DNA of 63,418 nucleotides, filler included, from a bacterium (GTDB lineage: Bacteria > JALSQH01), in the NCBI GenBank assembly GCA_026985515.1. It is 8 parts of 8 records of this genome, joined end to end, with 100 filler letters (N's around TTAATTAATTAA, not from the genome) between each part and the next. Parts side by side here need not be neighbours in the genome. Positions count along the whole stretch, not along the records: positions 60,151 to 63,418 come from JALSQH010000093.1; 7 more parts are not named here. One strand, given 5' to 3'. Numbering within the stretch: position 1 is the first letter of the stretch; every line of letters begins with the position of its first letter. The translations under genes were made by a program, and so were the position numbers. Positions 62,178 to 63,418 of the stretch are shown here, one piece after another. Below the pieces are notes generated by a model, which saw only the letters and a program-made list of their open reading frames with translations, was not told the origin of the DNA and did not search any database.

Positions 62178-63214
62178 TTTTCTAACTCAATGGTGATTTT
62201 TATTTTCAGTTCTTCATTTCCCCTTTTCAGCTTTATGGGTATGGTGAGAGTCTTATGCTCAATTGTTGGAAGGGCTTCGATTATCTGATATGATGTGTCA
62301 GAAAGTTCCAGGCCCATTTCCTCTTCCTCTTCTGCAAGGAGCGATTCCACTTCAGCAAGGGTTTTATCGATGTCTTCAATTTCAGTATCAATCTCTGTAA
62401 CTTCTTCATCCGTTTCCTCTTCAAGTTCTATTTCTATTTCATCATCAAGATCAATGCCCTCAATTTCATCCACCTTTTCATCAAGGTTTTCTAACTCTTC
62501 AGATTCAAAGGTTCCCTCTTCATTAAGATTGAAAGATTTTTTCAATTTTTCTTCAGAAAAGTCCACCTCATCTTTTACTTCTTCTCCCCTCTCCTCAATG
62601 GTGAGCGGTGTTTCGTTTGCCATGATTTCTGGTGTATTTTTCAGTTTATGAAGAACCATTTTTATTATTGCAGCAAGAGTTTCTAAAACTCCAATGCCCT
62701 TTGTAGCTATTGCCTCAAAGTAGGGTACTTTCCGGGGATTTAATTCTTCCTCCAGTTTTTCTATGGGCAGAGCGTCTGGAAGGTCCCTCTTATTGTATTG
62801 CATCACAAGGGGGATATCTGTTATTTTCAGCCCATAAAATGACAGATTATCTTCAAGGTTCTGGAGGCTTTCCCTGTTTTCTTCAAGCATTTTTGCTGAA
62901 GAATCGGCCACGAAAACGACACCATCCACATTTTTCAGTAGCAACTTTCTTGTGGAATTGTAGAAAACCTGTCCGGGGACGGTGTAGATCTGAAATTTTG
63001 TTTTGTATCCTCTTATTGTTCCAAAATCAACTGGCAAAAAATCAAAGAAGAGAGTTCTGTCTGTTTGAGTGGCAAGGGTCGTTAATTTCCCTCGGTTTTC
63101 CGGTTTAATTTTTGAGTAGATTATCTGAAGATTTGTGGTTTTTCCGGAGAGTCCCGGGCCATAATAAACTATTTTTGCTGTCATCTCTTTTGTTTTGTAA
63201 TTAATTACAGCCAC
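62174..63214 (-). CDS. MglA-family small GTPase with a long acidic C-terminal extension
   Basis: KIVYYGPGLSGKTTN, DRTLFFDFLP, YTVPGQVFY, QYNKRDLP, EAIA..G.GV, then about 150 aa of Glu/Asp-rich tail. Confidence 0.9.
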   Translation of the reverse strand: MAVINYKTKEMTAKIVYYGPGLSGKTTNLQIIYSKIKPENRGKLTTLATQTDRTLFFDFLPVDFGTIRGYKTKFQIYTVPGQVFYNSTRKLLLKNVDGVVFVADSSAKMLEENRESLQNLEDNLSFYGLKITDIPLVMQYNKRDLPDALPIEKLEEELNPRKVPYFEAIATKGIGVLETLAAIIKMVLHKLKNTPEIMANETPLTIEERGEEVKDEVDFSEEKLKKSFNLNEEGTFESEELENLDEKVDEIEGIDLDDEIEIELEEETDEEVTEIDTEIEDIDKTLAEVESLLAEEEEEMGLELSDTSYQIIEALPTIEHKTLTIPIKLKRGNEELKIKITIELEK

Positions 63215-63217
63215 TCT

Positions 63218-63418
63218 TTATCTCCTCCTCTGCTCTCTGGCGGTTATTATTCTTTTTGCAGCTCTTGCAATATATCCCGGAACATTTTTGTCTCTGGCAA
63301 TCTTTTTTATGTCATTTTCTCTCAGTGTGTTTAAAAATCTCATTGCAATTGATGGTGGTGTTTTGGGATTTGTTGCAAGTGATAGTCTGATCTGATAATC
63401 CTTGACCCAGTGTTTATT
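63218..63418 (-). CDS. Conserved hypothetical helical (LRV-like) protein, C-terminal fragment
   Basis: Hand translation NKHWVKDYQIRLSLATNPKTPPSIAMRFLNTLRENDIKKIARDKNVPGYIARAAKRIITAREQRRR*. Stop is 3 nt before the GTPase start. Confidence 0.7.
   Translation of the reverse strand, partial: NKHWVKDYQIRLSLATNPKTPPSIAMRFLNTLRENDIKKIARDKNVPGYIARAAKRIITAREQRRR

Overview
This window is not contiguous DNA. It holds eight contig fragments joined by identical 100-bp spacers (N44-TTAATTAATTAA-N44), so gene neighbourhoods are valid only between spacers. The genome is compact and AT-rich, from a diderm bacterium of deltaproteobacterial type (tmRNA tag ADYDYALAA, MglA-family GTPase, FrzS-like protein, LptFG, short EF-Ts). 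Housekeeping genes include ssrA, mfd, nadA, a menA-like gene, lptFG, rpsB-tsf-pyrH-frr, rarA, fabD-fabG-acpP-rpiB-glyA-dCMP deaminase-nrdR, dxr-rseP, mog and rubrerythrin-ferritin. Acyl-CoA/lipid catabolism genes are abundant: SCP2, enoyl-CoA hydratase, two acyl-CoA dehydrogenases, a CaiB transferase, a thiolase with a pseudo-HMG-CoA-synthase/DUF35 fusion, and a GMC oxidoreductase. There are also many large lipoproteins and two lytic transglycosylases. No integrase, transposase, phage gene, CRISPR array, rRNA or tRNA was seen. Main leads: (1) a shared TTGACA-N4-TGTCAA palindrome upstream of three lipid-catabolic loci on different contigs; (2) a FrzS-like pseudo-receiver near an orphan MglA with an acidic tail; (3) a fab cluster lacking fabF with a divergent ACP and FabG; (4) a metallopeptidase/beta-propeller/beta-barrel protein between two lytic transglycosylases; (5) a PhlABC-like thiolase module; (6) an unannotated 46-aa ORF coupled to a JAB-DinG fusion. 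All assignments come from motif recognition by eye; no database searches were run.
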